DNA from: a virus
Taxonomy: Duplodnaviria > Caudoviricetes
Length of the DNA stretch: 64,000 bases
Strand: one strand, 5' to 3'
IMG/VR virus record: IMGVR_UViG_3300028832_000145
Span: 1,305-65,304 of that record
The position numbers were made by a program, and so were the translations under genes. The notes under the pieces were generated by a model. That model searched no databases. It worked only from the letters and a program-made list of their open reading frames with translations, and had not been told where the DNA came from. Of the stretch, positions 26,445 through 36,100 are shown piece after piece. How positions within the stretch are numbered: the stretch's first letter is position 1; the number at the start of each line of letters is the position of its first letter.

Positions 26445-26925
26445 GCCCCATCAATACACAATAGGTGTGAATACTCCAGTTGATGTGTGGTATCAGCACG
26501 CCCACCAGCGCAAACGGCAGCATCCTCTTGCAGAACGTCCAGTATGTTGTTGTGCCACAACGACACAACGCCCCCCACTTTACACCGATGATAGCAAACA
26601 ACACGCCGCTGAATCCCATTGTCGCCGCTGCTGCCGCAGTCCCCTCGCTATTGAGCGAGGTAATCATCTCCCACGCCCCCGGCAGCACCGGTAGCCACGA
26701 CGCAAGAAACGCGATAGCTACCGATACCGCCAAGTACAGGCGCTTTGACATTAGCCAAAGCACAAACAGATTCCCGCACAAATGCCAGAAGTTTGCATGA
26801 CACACTATCCACAGCACATGCTCCATGATAGTTCCGTCTTCTCTATAACCCACCTTGACACCCAGCGCCCACACCAGCACCAGCACGATGGTGACAGCCG
26901 TCTTCTCTATCAGCAACCACTTCAT
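26419..26925 (-). CDS. Rhomboid-family intramembrane serine protease
   Basis: HANFWHLCGN (HxxxxHxxxN), GFSG catalytic Ser motif, distal His in WSIHTYC, several TM helices; start at 26925 overlaps the upstream stop. Confidence 0.8.
   Translation of the reverse strand: MKWLLIEKTAVTIVLVLVWALGVKVGYREDGTIMEHVLWIVCHANFWHLCGNLFVLWLMSKRLYLAVSVAIAFLASWLPVLPGAWEMITSLNSEGTAAAAATMGFSGVLFAIIGVKWGALCRCGTTTYWTFCKRMLPFALVGVLIPHINWSIHTYCVLMGLAYGRWKG
26630..26663 (+). repeat. Dispersed coding hairpin repeat, copy 6 (rhomboid)
   Basis: GCTGCCGCAGTCC-CCTCGCT-ATTG-AGCGAGG-TA; encodes TSLNSEGTAAAA just before GFSG. Confidence 0.9.
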
Positions 26926-27332
26926 ACACTCTTCCTTTTGCTTCTCTTCTGCCATATCTGACACATGCGCGTATGACCGATGTAGAACCTCGGTGCCGGT
27001 TGCAGGACGGCAAACTGCAGTACAAAGCTCAGGCTCTTACCGCAATAGGCGCTGTTCTGCCAAAGGCGTAGCACTGTCTCAAACAGGTCTTCATACATTT
27101 TCCTTTTCAAAGGCGAAAGCTTATCAATGGCGCTGCGGTCGCCTCTTGTCAGTGGCGATATATACTGATGCGCTCGTCTGGCATCTATATAGAACCTCGG
27201 TGCCGGATGCTCCACGACACGACGGAAAGCCTCGTCGTTACATCTGCACTCATAGCTGGCACTCACCTCCCGGAACACCTTCATGAGGTCTTCCTCCATC
27301 TCCTTTCTACAGTTAGTATGCTCCTTCATCAT
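26922..27332 (-). CDS. Hypothetical protein with internally repeated PAPRFYI motif, possible regulator
   Basis: HPAPRFYID and QPAPRFYIG; basic C-terminus; start moved to 27332. Confidence 0.6.
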   Translation of the reverse strand: MMKEHTNCRKEMEEDLMKVFREVSASYECRCNDEAFRRVVEHPAPRFYIDARRAHQYISPLTRGDRSAIDKLSPLKRKMYEDLFETVLRLWQNSAYCGKSLSFVLQFAVLQPAPRFYIGHTRMCQIWQKRSKRKSV

Positions 27333-27345
27333 TATCACCTTTTTA

Positions 27346-29961
27346 CTATTCACGCACATTCTCCGTCCTGCGATCCTGCGTCCTGATAATAGTACCGCTG
27401 AGACGCTCATAGGGCTTCATCTTGATAAACAGGGCTATGCGGTAGTACTTGGCGGCAGCACCAAAGCGGCTGCTGCTCTTATACCACTCCTGCAGGTCGT
27501 TGCTCACGAACACCTCTGTCTTCACCATGCTACCCTTACTCTTATCCCACATGCCCACGTTCACAAGCTCACGCAGGCTTGTCACCGTAACAGGCCCGCT
27601 GACCTTCATCGGACGTGTCAGCAGGAAAGCCTCACGCGCTACCTCACTCTCTTCCTCGCGCTTCTTGTCATAGAGGGAGTATATACAGTTATCATCGTCC
27701 TGCAGCAGATAGTCGGGATAGTTGTTCACAACGTTGGAGATATTACAAGAAAGCGTCATCTTACTAAAGCTGCCGTCACGAAGCGAGTACACCCAGCAAT
27801 ACATCTTGTCATCTTTCAGCAGCAGAAGCCGCGAGTCCATGTAGTCATACGCTATGCGAAGTTGCGGCGACTGTATGAACGTCTGGAAGCTATCGGCATC
27901 CCTGCCATACGACACGATGCCTGCCCACATCTGACTCTCCGCTTCGCTGACAAGCGTTCCGGGGTCAAGAGCGTCAAAGTCAGAGGTGTCAAACGCCTTG
28001 CCGTCCAGCTGTTCACTCACACAGCCCACACGGCCGTTCTCGTCAACAACCATCAGGCCCTTCTTCGATACGAAGAACACGGCGTTATCCGTCTGCACGA
28101 TGTTACCAGGATTCACGCACACCTCGCGCGACAGCGGATGACTGCTCTCATACAGGCCGGTATTATCTACCTGCATACCCCATATACCATCATCCGACAG
28201 CACCAGCAAGTCAGTACGTCCGAACTGGTCTTGCGACAGAGCCATCGTTACGCTCGTCATCGCCAGTATGCGCCCTGTGCCTACTTGATGGTAGCCCTCT
28301 GATAAGAATGTGAACGGATTGTTCACTTGCGACTGCACCAGCTGGCCGTCCAGCGTCTCGGGACTGTCACCATATTCCGTGTAGTCACTTCCCGTCAGTG
28401 CCGTGCCGCTATCGTTGTAATAGTTGTTAAATGTGGTTGACTCTGTGAGGAAATAGGCACCATTCAATCCGGGATGCTCTTTCAGTTCTGCATTTAGGGT
28501 AATAGTATTATTGCTGTATATCGTCACGCGGTCGGCACGGGAATCCGGGTAGTAGAAGAAATTACCCATCGCCTCCCTTGTCGTAAACACCTTCTTAACG
28601 ATACGGATGCCGGAATCGGTCTTAATGCGAACGTATGCCGTGTAGGTCTGCGCTGACTGACCGTCCAACGGCATGAAAGTTCTAAAGCCCGGGAAAAAGC
28701 CACGTTCCACTCCAGCTATATTCAGGCGGCGGTTGTACGGATACATCATGCTGCACTTCATCGGACAGCGAGAGTAGTAGTCGTCATGGTCAAGTCGTGG
28801 CTGGTTTGTCAGGTTCTCCAGTATGTGAGTGCCTATCTTGCCTGTCACGTTGACAGCACCAGTGCCTCGCAGACCAAGGGTACATAACTTATAGAATATG
28901 GAGGTTCTGGTTATTTCGTCATATATCTCTTTTCTCTTGCGGGTTTCAAGCAGCTGGGCGCTATAATGTGTGCTACTAGTACCGAATTGATACCAAGTGT
29001 TTGTCTCTTCCACCTTTCTCATCAGCCCGTTATCTTCCCTGATAGCATAACCGGCAGGAGTCTGACCTGTTAGTGACACATATTTCTTTTGGTCAACGAG
29101 GGTATCATATACGTCAATGCCGTCAGAAACGAATAACACCACGTCCTTGATAATGTCAGCAAACTCGGAAAAGTCTTTCGACTGCGTAATGCGAAGCTCA
29201 TAATAGAATGTCTCGCACTTAACGATGTCTGGAGAACTGGATTGTTCTCTCTTTTCTCTTGAATAATATGTGCTGCCGTCTATGGTCGGCCACATAAGCA
29301 GCGGATTGGTAATCTTTGTATAAGTGCCGTCGTACATTTCCAATGCGGCACGGACAAAGAACGGTTTGGCAAAGCCGCCCTTCTGTGCAATCAGCTTGAT
29401 GGTCTCTTGGTAGGAGCCTACCACCATATCATTGTAAGCTTCCTGTTTGTCCGCCTCGTGTTCAAAGGAGCTATACTTTATTATGCCGTTGCCGTTTCTT
29501 TCGACTTCGACAGTACCTTTATTTGGCTTCACCAGCTCTGCTTTGATTTCAAGGTCGGCAATCTCTCCCAAGTTCTTATACCTCGTTCCCGTCCACAGGA
29601 AATGAGTCAGCTGATTGTTGATAATCACCGACAGCGTCTTGCCGATGGCGGCTATCTGAGTCGACTTTATGTCTGCTGAGTGCTCACTGCTCTCTATAGG
29701 GTTTGGGGCATCGTTGAAGTAAAGCCAGCCGCTTCCCTCGTATATCTTATTCTCAACACCGTTTGGCAACCTATGCACATACACCAGCCTCCGGTCACTG
29801 CCCTCGTTGATGTCTGATACCTCCAGCATCGGCACCACCTTCAGCTCTTCGCCGTCAGTTGTCAGGTTGATGCACTCGGCCAGCTCGCCGTCCTCACAAA
29901 GAAAGTCACTTGGCCGACGGGTAATACCCGCCTTGTAGCTTATCCTCTTTTCCTGCTTCAT
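27346..29961 (-). CDS. Tail nozzle/stabilisation protein, podovirus type
   Basis: About 871 aa; GITRRPSD..DGELAECINL start and beta-propeller-like C-half. Confidence 0.65.
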   Translation of the reverse strand: MKQEKRISYKAGITRRPSDFLCEDGELAECINLTTDGEELKVVPMLEVSDINEGSDRRLVYVHRLPNGVENKIYEGSGWLYFNDAPNPIESSEHSADIKSTQIAAIGKTLSVIINNQLTHFLWTGTRYKNLGEIADLEIKAELVKPNKGTVEVERNGNGIIKYSSFEHEADKQEAYNDMVVGSYQETIKLIAQKGGFAKPFFVRAALEMYDGTYTKITNPLLMWPTIDGSTYYSREKREQSSSPDIVKCETFYYELRITQSKDFSEFADIIKDVVLFVSDGIDVYDTLVDQKKYVSLTGQTPAGYAIREDNGLMRKVEETNTWYQFGTSSTHYSAQLLETRKRKEIYDEITRTSIFYKLCTLGLRGTGAVNVTGKIGTHILENLTNQPRLDHDDYYSRCPMKCSMMYPYNRRLNIAGVERGFFPGFRTFMPLDGQSAQTYTAYVRIKTDSGIRIVKKVFTTREAMGNFFYYPDSRADRVTIYSNNTITLNAELKEHPGLNGAYFLTESTTFNNYYNDSGTALTGSDYTEYGDSPETLDGQLVQSQVNNPFTFLSEGYHQVGTGRILAMTSVTMALSQDQFGRTDLLVLSDDGIWGMQVDNTGLYESSHPLSREVCVNPGNIVQTDNAVFFVSKKGLMVVDENGRVGCVSEQLDGKAFDTSDFDALDPGTLVSEAESQMWAGIVSYGRDADSFQTFIQSPQLRIAYDYMDSRLLLLKDDKMYCWVYSLRDGSFSKMTLSCNISNVVNNYPDYLLQDDDNCIYSLYDKKREEESEVAREAFLLTRPMKVSGPVTVTSLRELVNVGMWDKSKGSMVKTEVFVSNDLQEWYKSSSRFGAAAKYYRIALFIKMKPYERLSGTIIRTQDRRTENVRE

Positions 29962-29984
29962 ATAGCTATATTTATAGTACCGCT

Positions 29985-29993
29985 GCAAAGGTA
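29985..29993 (-). promoter_or_regulatory. Bacteroidota -7 promoter box for nozzle-rhomboid-TerL operon
   Basis: TACCTTTGC on the minus strand just upstream of the nozzle start. Confidence 0.55.
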
Positions 29994-30096
29994 AAGAAAA
30001 AACAAACTCACAATCGTTAAGAAACTATAAATAATTAAGCCTTAAAAAGTTATTAAAGTATATTCGATAAAAACTTTAACGCTTTTAATCGGAATT

Positions 30097-30155
30097 AAAA
30101 AAAACGGCGGCTACCCTCACGGGCGGTCGCCGTCTGTAAAAAACAATCTATAACC
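30097..30155 (-). terminator. Intrinsic terminator after the giant gene, TCAC-loop element
   Basis: ACGGCGGCTACCC-TCAC-GGGCGGTCGCCGT stem with an A-run on + (U-tract on minus). Confidence 0.75.
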
Positions 30156-30161
30156 TCAAAA

Positions 30162-33100
30162 CTACTTATCTATGGCTTCTATGGCTTTCAACATGGCGTT
30201 ACGCTGACTGCCGATAAGTTTCATCACAGCCTCATCGTGACCTTTGCCCAGCAGCTTCTTGTTGCCTGACACGGCGCGGCTAAGTCTGTTCACGGTAGTC
30301 TCGGCGGCAAAGTACTTGGCGTATTGCTGGCGGTAGGCGGCTGCTTCTTCCGTCTTTCCTTCTTCCTGCAGGGACTTGTACTTGTCGCTATACACCTTAA
30401 TCTTGGACTTGGCGGCTTTGATGCGGGCATCGTCCTTGATATTCTGAGCTGTAGCAAGCTCAATGTATCGGTCACTGCCCACACTCTGGCTATCGGCATC
30501 ATCGGCCTCAACAAACTGCATAGCTTTCTCAACGTCGGCGCTGACTCCCTTGCTCTTCTGCTCGGTCATCATCCTGTTAATGCGGTTCTGCAGCTTCTTG
30601 CGCTCGGCAGCGTTACGGCTCTTGTCGAACTGCTCCATGATAACCTCCATCGGGTCACGGCCGTCCTCAATAGCCTGTATCTCTTCAAGCATCTGCTCCT
30701 TCCAGTTGGTAATACTCTCCTTGAACATACGCTTGTCGCCTGCATCGCTGACATTCTTTTCACCCTTGCGCAGAACATCAATGATGCCTTTATAGTAGCT
30801 CACCACCTCGGCACGCTTGCCGTCGGTACTCTGCAGCAGCCTCTCCAGCTCCTGACGCGCGGCCTCGTCGCCGTCGGCGGCACGCTGACGCTTCTTGCGG
30901 ATATTATGCTGCATCTCTTCGGTCGATTCTACCAGCTTCCAGTAGTCCTCACCCAGCACTCCGGCATTGTCGCGCTCGAGAGGACGATTGACAAAGCGGT
31001 TCAGGATAGGAGTCTGATATACCTTGGGCACATCACCCTGGGCAGCAGTAGTGGCCACGTCAAACGTCTTGGCTATGGTGTTATACATACCACCGAAGTA
31101 GCCTTGCAGCAAGTGGTTCCATACGGCAGGATTGTTAAGGTAAGCACCGGCCGTTGTACGCTCCAGCCATCCGCGGCTGTCTTCGTCGCCACCTGTGACA
31201 TTATTGACGGCATCGCTGACAGCTACCATCCATTTGGGCGTGCTCACATAAGCCTTGCTATACATCGGGTCGAACTTGTTGCCTTGGTTGTCCTTCCAGA
31301 TGGGCTTGCCTGTAAAGTCCGTGTTAAACGCAAGCTGCATGATGGGTTGTGCGCCTGTAGGCGTGAAGTCCACAACAATGTTTCCACCGTTGCCCGTCGG
31401 GTTGATGGGTACGAGGTCGGCAACGCTCTCCACGATTTCCAGCACGCCGTTGTTGTGCGGATGATCGAGGCAATAGCTGGCAATCATCTCACCGACGCCG
31501 TAGAACACGCGGAACTCCTGCGCCAGCGGTATGGTGACAAAGTTACTTGTTCCCGGCACCCAGAAGACAAGGTTGTTCTTTCTTACCCAAGGTGGCAGGT
31601 TCCAGTAGCTATCCTTGTCATCATCACCACCGAACATATTCAGAAGCCAGCTGTTCAAGATAGGCATCATCACGCCAAAGGCCACGAAACCGAGGGTCAC
31701 GCCTGTGAACTTCAGCGGGTGGCCCTTTGCCATACGGTACATGTTAGACAAAGCCTGAATAGCCGGGTTGACAAAGATGAAGAGGTCGCGTATCTCCGCA
31801 TTACCCTTGTCGCCCGTGCCCTTCCTGTTGAAGTTCAGCGTCACGTCCTTGGCATCGGCAATACTCTCTTCAAGTGTCTTACCCATCTGGCGGCTCGTCA
31901 TATACACGATGAAGCGCGTAGCATCCTCGGCACAGCGGTTATAGAACTCAAAGGTATCACCAAGCAGACGCAAGCCCTTTGTGGCGGCGGCTTCCTTGAC
32001 TTGACCTTTGCTCTTGCCCAGTAAGGAACTGCCGTTCATCTGCCCTATCTCCTTCTTCATCTTCTCCTTGAAGCTGTCGATACTGAGCATGTTGACAAAG
32101 CCGGTCTCACCGCCTTCATCCATGAACTCCTTAAACAGACGCTCGGTCTCGTTGCTCTCGTTGAGCTTGCCGTCCTTCCATTTCTGCATCAGCTTGGGCA
32201 TAAGTCCGGTTACTCCCCTGCCCTTTCCTACCAAGCCCTTTAGTCCCATCTTGCTCACGTCACCGACGGCCATCCGCGGCGACAGCACCTTGGCGACGTT
32301 GGCAATAAACTTGGCATTGTACTTGGCTCCCTCGTTGATGGCAACACTGGCACCGGCCATGTTAAGGTCTCGGCTAAGGTTACTGATGACAAACGCTGGG
32401 TTCTTGCTGGTGAAGAACATGGCCATGTTGCGGTTAAGACTTGTCAGCTTGCGGCCAAAGTATGTGTCGCTGATACGGCTTACGGCTCTTGCTGTGCTAC
32501 CGTTCAGGGCCTGCGCTGCCTTGGGGTTGCCGTTGATATACAGCTCATACGTCCGGCCGGCACGCTGCACCTCTACGACGTGCTCCGACTTCTGTCCCTT
32601 GGTGGCGTTAACGTCGAGCCTCAGCCGTCCGCGGACAGGCATAGCGTAGCCCTCGCGCTGCTTCTCGGCCATCTCTTCATTGAAGTCATTGACTATCTGC
32701 GTCACCTCGTCGGGAGATTTGCCTGCCGTGTCGGCACTGCGATAGATCCAAATAGGCTCTTCAAGACTGCCGATGTTCTCATACCACGACTCGCTGATGC
32801 TTACAAGGCTTGTCGGGTTGTTCATCACATAGTTCAGGAAGTGTTGCTTCATGAGGTTGCGATGACCGCTAATGATGGTGCTCACGGCAACATTACCGAT
32901 ATACGCCAGCGGATTCTCGGCCTTGCTGGTACGGCCCCATGTCTTTTTGACTGCGGGAGAGAAGACGTTATCTTTGCCCATGTATTCATACACGTCACTG
33001 GCTTTGTCCTCTTCCCAGCCACGCAGAGGCACATAGTATTCAAACATATCACGCACCTTATTATAGGTATCGCGCGACATGAGACCACTCTCGTAGCTGT

Positions 33101-36100
33101 CTTTCAGCGTTGCCTCCGTAGCGGCATTGATGGCTTTCCAAAGCTTTGCCACGGTTGCCTCGGCTTCTCCCGACGGTGTTGTCTCTGCAGAGAACACAGC
33201 ATCCTCGGCATAGCCTCTTGCCACCTCATACGCCTCTTTCATCTGCCGGTCGTACTCCTTCCAGAGCATGGCGCGTGTCTTCGGGTCAATGGCACGCTGC
33301 GCCTGACGCTTCGTGTCCTGGGCATCGTCGTACCACTCCTTAGCAAACGTCTCGGTCAGACCGGAATAGTCATGGGCGTAGGTGTCATAGCCGCCCACAT
33401 GCGACTTGATAACGCTTTCTATTCTGCGCAGATACTCGGTATAGCCGATGTCGCCGTTCTCGTAGTCCTCCTTGGCACGCTGGTAGGCCAGCGTCTCACG
33501 AATCTGCTTGATGCGGTCATCAACGCCCGTCTGCTCTTTCTTTGCGAGAAGATTAAGCTGCTCCTTGTAGCTCTTTTCGGCAATCTGCTTTTCCTTGTAT
33601 TTCTTTTCCAGCTTCTTGCGCTCGTCGGCTACCTCCTTCACAAGCTTCTCCTTCACGGCATCACGCATAGCGTAATAGACGTTACGCTCCAGACCATGTT
33701 TGGCAATAAGATACTCCTGCCCTGCCTCAAAGGTCATGTCTTTGGCCTTGATAAAGTCGTTAAAGGCTTTCAGCATGGGGCGGTAGTATCTCCAGTCGTA
33801 TTGCTCGGTGCGGTTCTTTGAACGCCCGTGCATGCGGTTCTCAAACCTATATGCGTCCTCGGCTCCCTTGGCAACGTTACCGGTCTCCTTGGCTATGGCA
33901 TCCTGTATCGCTTTCAGGCTCACCATTGAGTCCTGCCACGCCTCTTGCCACTTCAAGCTGTCTTTGGCTACTGCTGCCTCGTAAGTGTCGCGGGCCACAT
34001 CATCCAGCCATGCGTCCGGGTCGCTATACAACAGTCCCATCTCGTCGGCTTCCTTCATGGCCTTTATCTCGGCGTTAAGCTCGTCGACGATGTCCTGCGT
34101 CAAGATGTCGCCGTCCTGAATCTTCTGAGGTTCACGGCCTGCCTTGCGCACAAGCTCGTCTACCTCTTCACGGCTCAGGATGCGATTCACGCGCATAGCT
34201 CCCGTGATAACCCACTCGTCGGTCTTCGGGTCGGGATTGGTGCGGTACTTGTAGCTGCCGTCCTCGGGCACATGCTTCAGTCCGGCTAAGGAGTGCTGAT
34301 ATTTACCGTTGGCGTTGACACCTTCCTGACGGGCCTCGTCCTGATAGTCCACGTCATCGGCATATTCTACCTCTGCCCACACAAAGTTGTTCGGGAACAA
34401 ACTACGCTCTCCCTCGCGCCCACTGGTTTGCCCAGTGTTGTCTTTTCTGTTGAACTGTAGAGCATAGGGGATAGTACCAAGGTGCCAGCCCGGACGGTAG
34501 GCCAATTGACCGCTGCCGCCCTGTGTGCCCTTGCCACCAGCTTTCACCTGCGGCCTGCCTGTCTTACTGGTTCCAGCTACAGGTGCGGCATCGGCATCGA
34601 GCCATACGCCAATAGGCGTGCCTTCACCACCGGGGTTAGCTACCATTGGCGGGTACAGCTGGCCGTCCTTCAATACGAATACCTTATAACCCTTGCCCGT
34701 CTTCTTTGGCGGTTCCTTGGTGCGGAGGCTATAACGTATGTCGTTATCCTCGGTCATGAACGTACCTACATTATCGGTGGCGCTCTTGATCTGATTCGGC
34801 TTGAAGGCTATCCAACTGTCTGCTGGATGGTCCGGGTCTTCATACTGATTAAGATAGACAATACCATCATAGCCTTTGCCCTTTGAGCGTTCTACCGACT
34901 GCTGCCAGTACTCGCTCATGGTCATGTCCTTCTCGTCAAGTTCATTTTCGTCCGCATCACTTCTGCGCTGCGGGTTACGGATATTCAGGAACACCTCGTA
35001 TATCTTCTTTCCACTTTCAGATTTGTCAAAACGTACACGGTGTATTGCCTGTCCTTTAGTACCGAAATGCTGGTCTTCATAGAACGTCCAGAAAGCTTCT
35101 CCCCTGTTTACGTTGTCAAGGTCTGTACCATGATACATCACCTTTGGTTCACCGTTTTCATCTACAACTTTTGAATAATCTAAAAGTTTTTCGCCTTTTT
35201 TGTGTGATTTATCAATATCTTTTAGTAACTTTGCAGCAGTAATAGAGCTGTTGGAATTGCGGGGAGTCCCTACGGGGGCTGCACTTAGACCGTCCAGCAA
35301 CTCTATTTTTGTTGCTTCATAGCTATAAGCCTTGGTCTTTGTAGCCTGTGTACGGTCTTCCTTAAGAGTAATCTTTACTCGGTAAATCTGTCCGTCAATA
35401 TCAACAGCACCAAACACACGATGTATGGTAACACCTTCGTTGATACCATTCTCTACAGAACGAACACCGTTCACCTTCTTATAGTCAGGATGGCTTTCAC
35501 CAACCATACCGTCATGTATCACGGATGGCAGTACTTTCAGTACAGACATGTGAACATCTTTGCTGTCGCTTTTAGTGACGGCATCCTCAGACATGAACTT
35601 CTCAACAGCTTTGCCGCTAATTTGTATCTTGCCTTTACCACCTGTCTCTTCGTCGCTGTAAGTGCGGACGATGTTCTGCTTTGCCCAGTGACGGGCATCT
35701 GCAAAGTTAGTAAAGCCGTGTTCCTTCTCTGCCGGAACAATACGCACCTCCTGCGCTGCTTTCTCCCAGTCGCCAAACCAGTCCTTAAACGCCTGTGTTC
35801 TCACCTGCGCCCATTGCAGTTCGTTGAGGTTACTGGGTTTGCCATTGGGGGCCAGCATATAAGTACCGTCTGCCTTGGCCTTGTCAACGATGGCGTTTAT
35901 CTCGTCGCTGGCATAGTCTGTACTGTTGAGCAGCACATCATTGGCAACATTGTCCTGCTGTTCATCGACTATGGCAATACGATAGCCATTCCTTACAAGT
36001 CTTGGCAGAATAATGTCAAGCTTGTCTGCAGGGATATTATACTCCGTATCGCTGTTATTACCCCATGCACCACGACCGAAAGCACTACCGACGGGACTGA

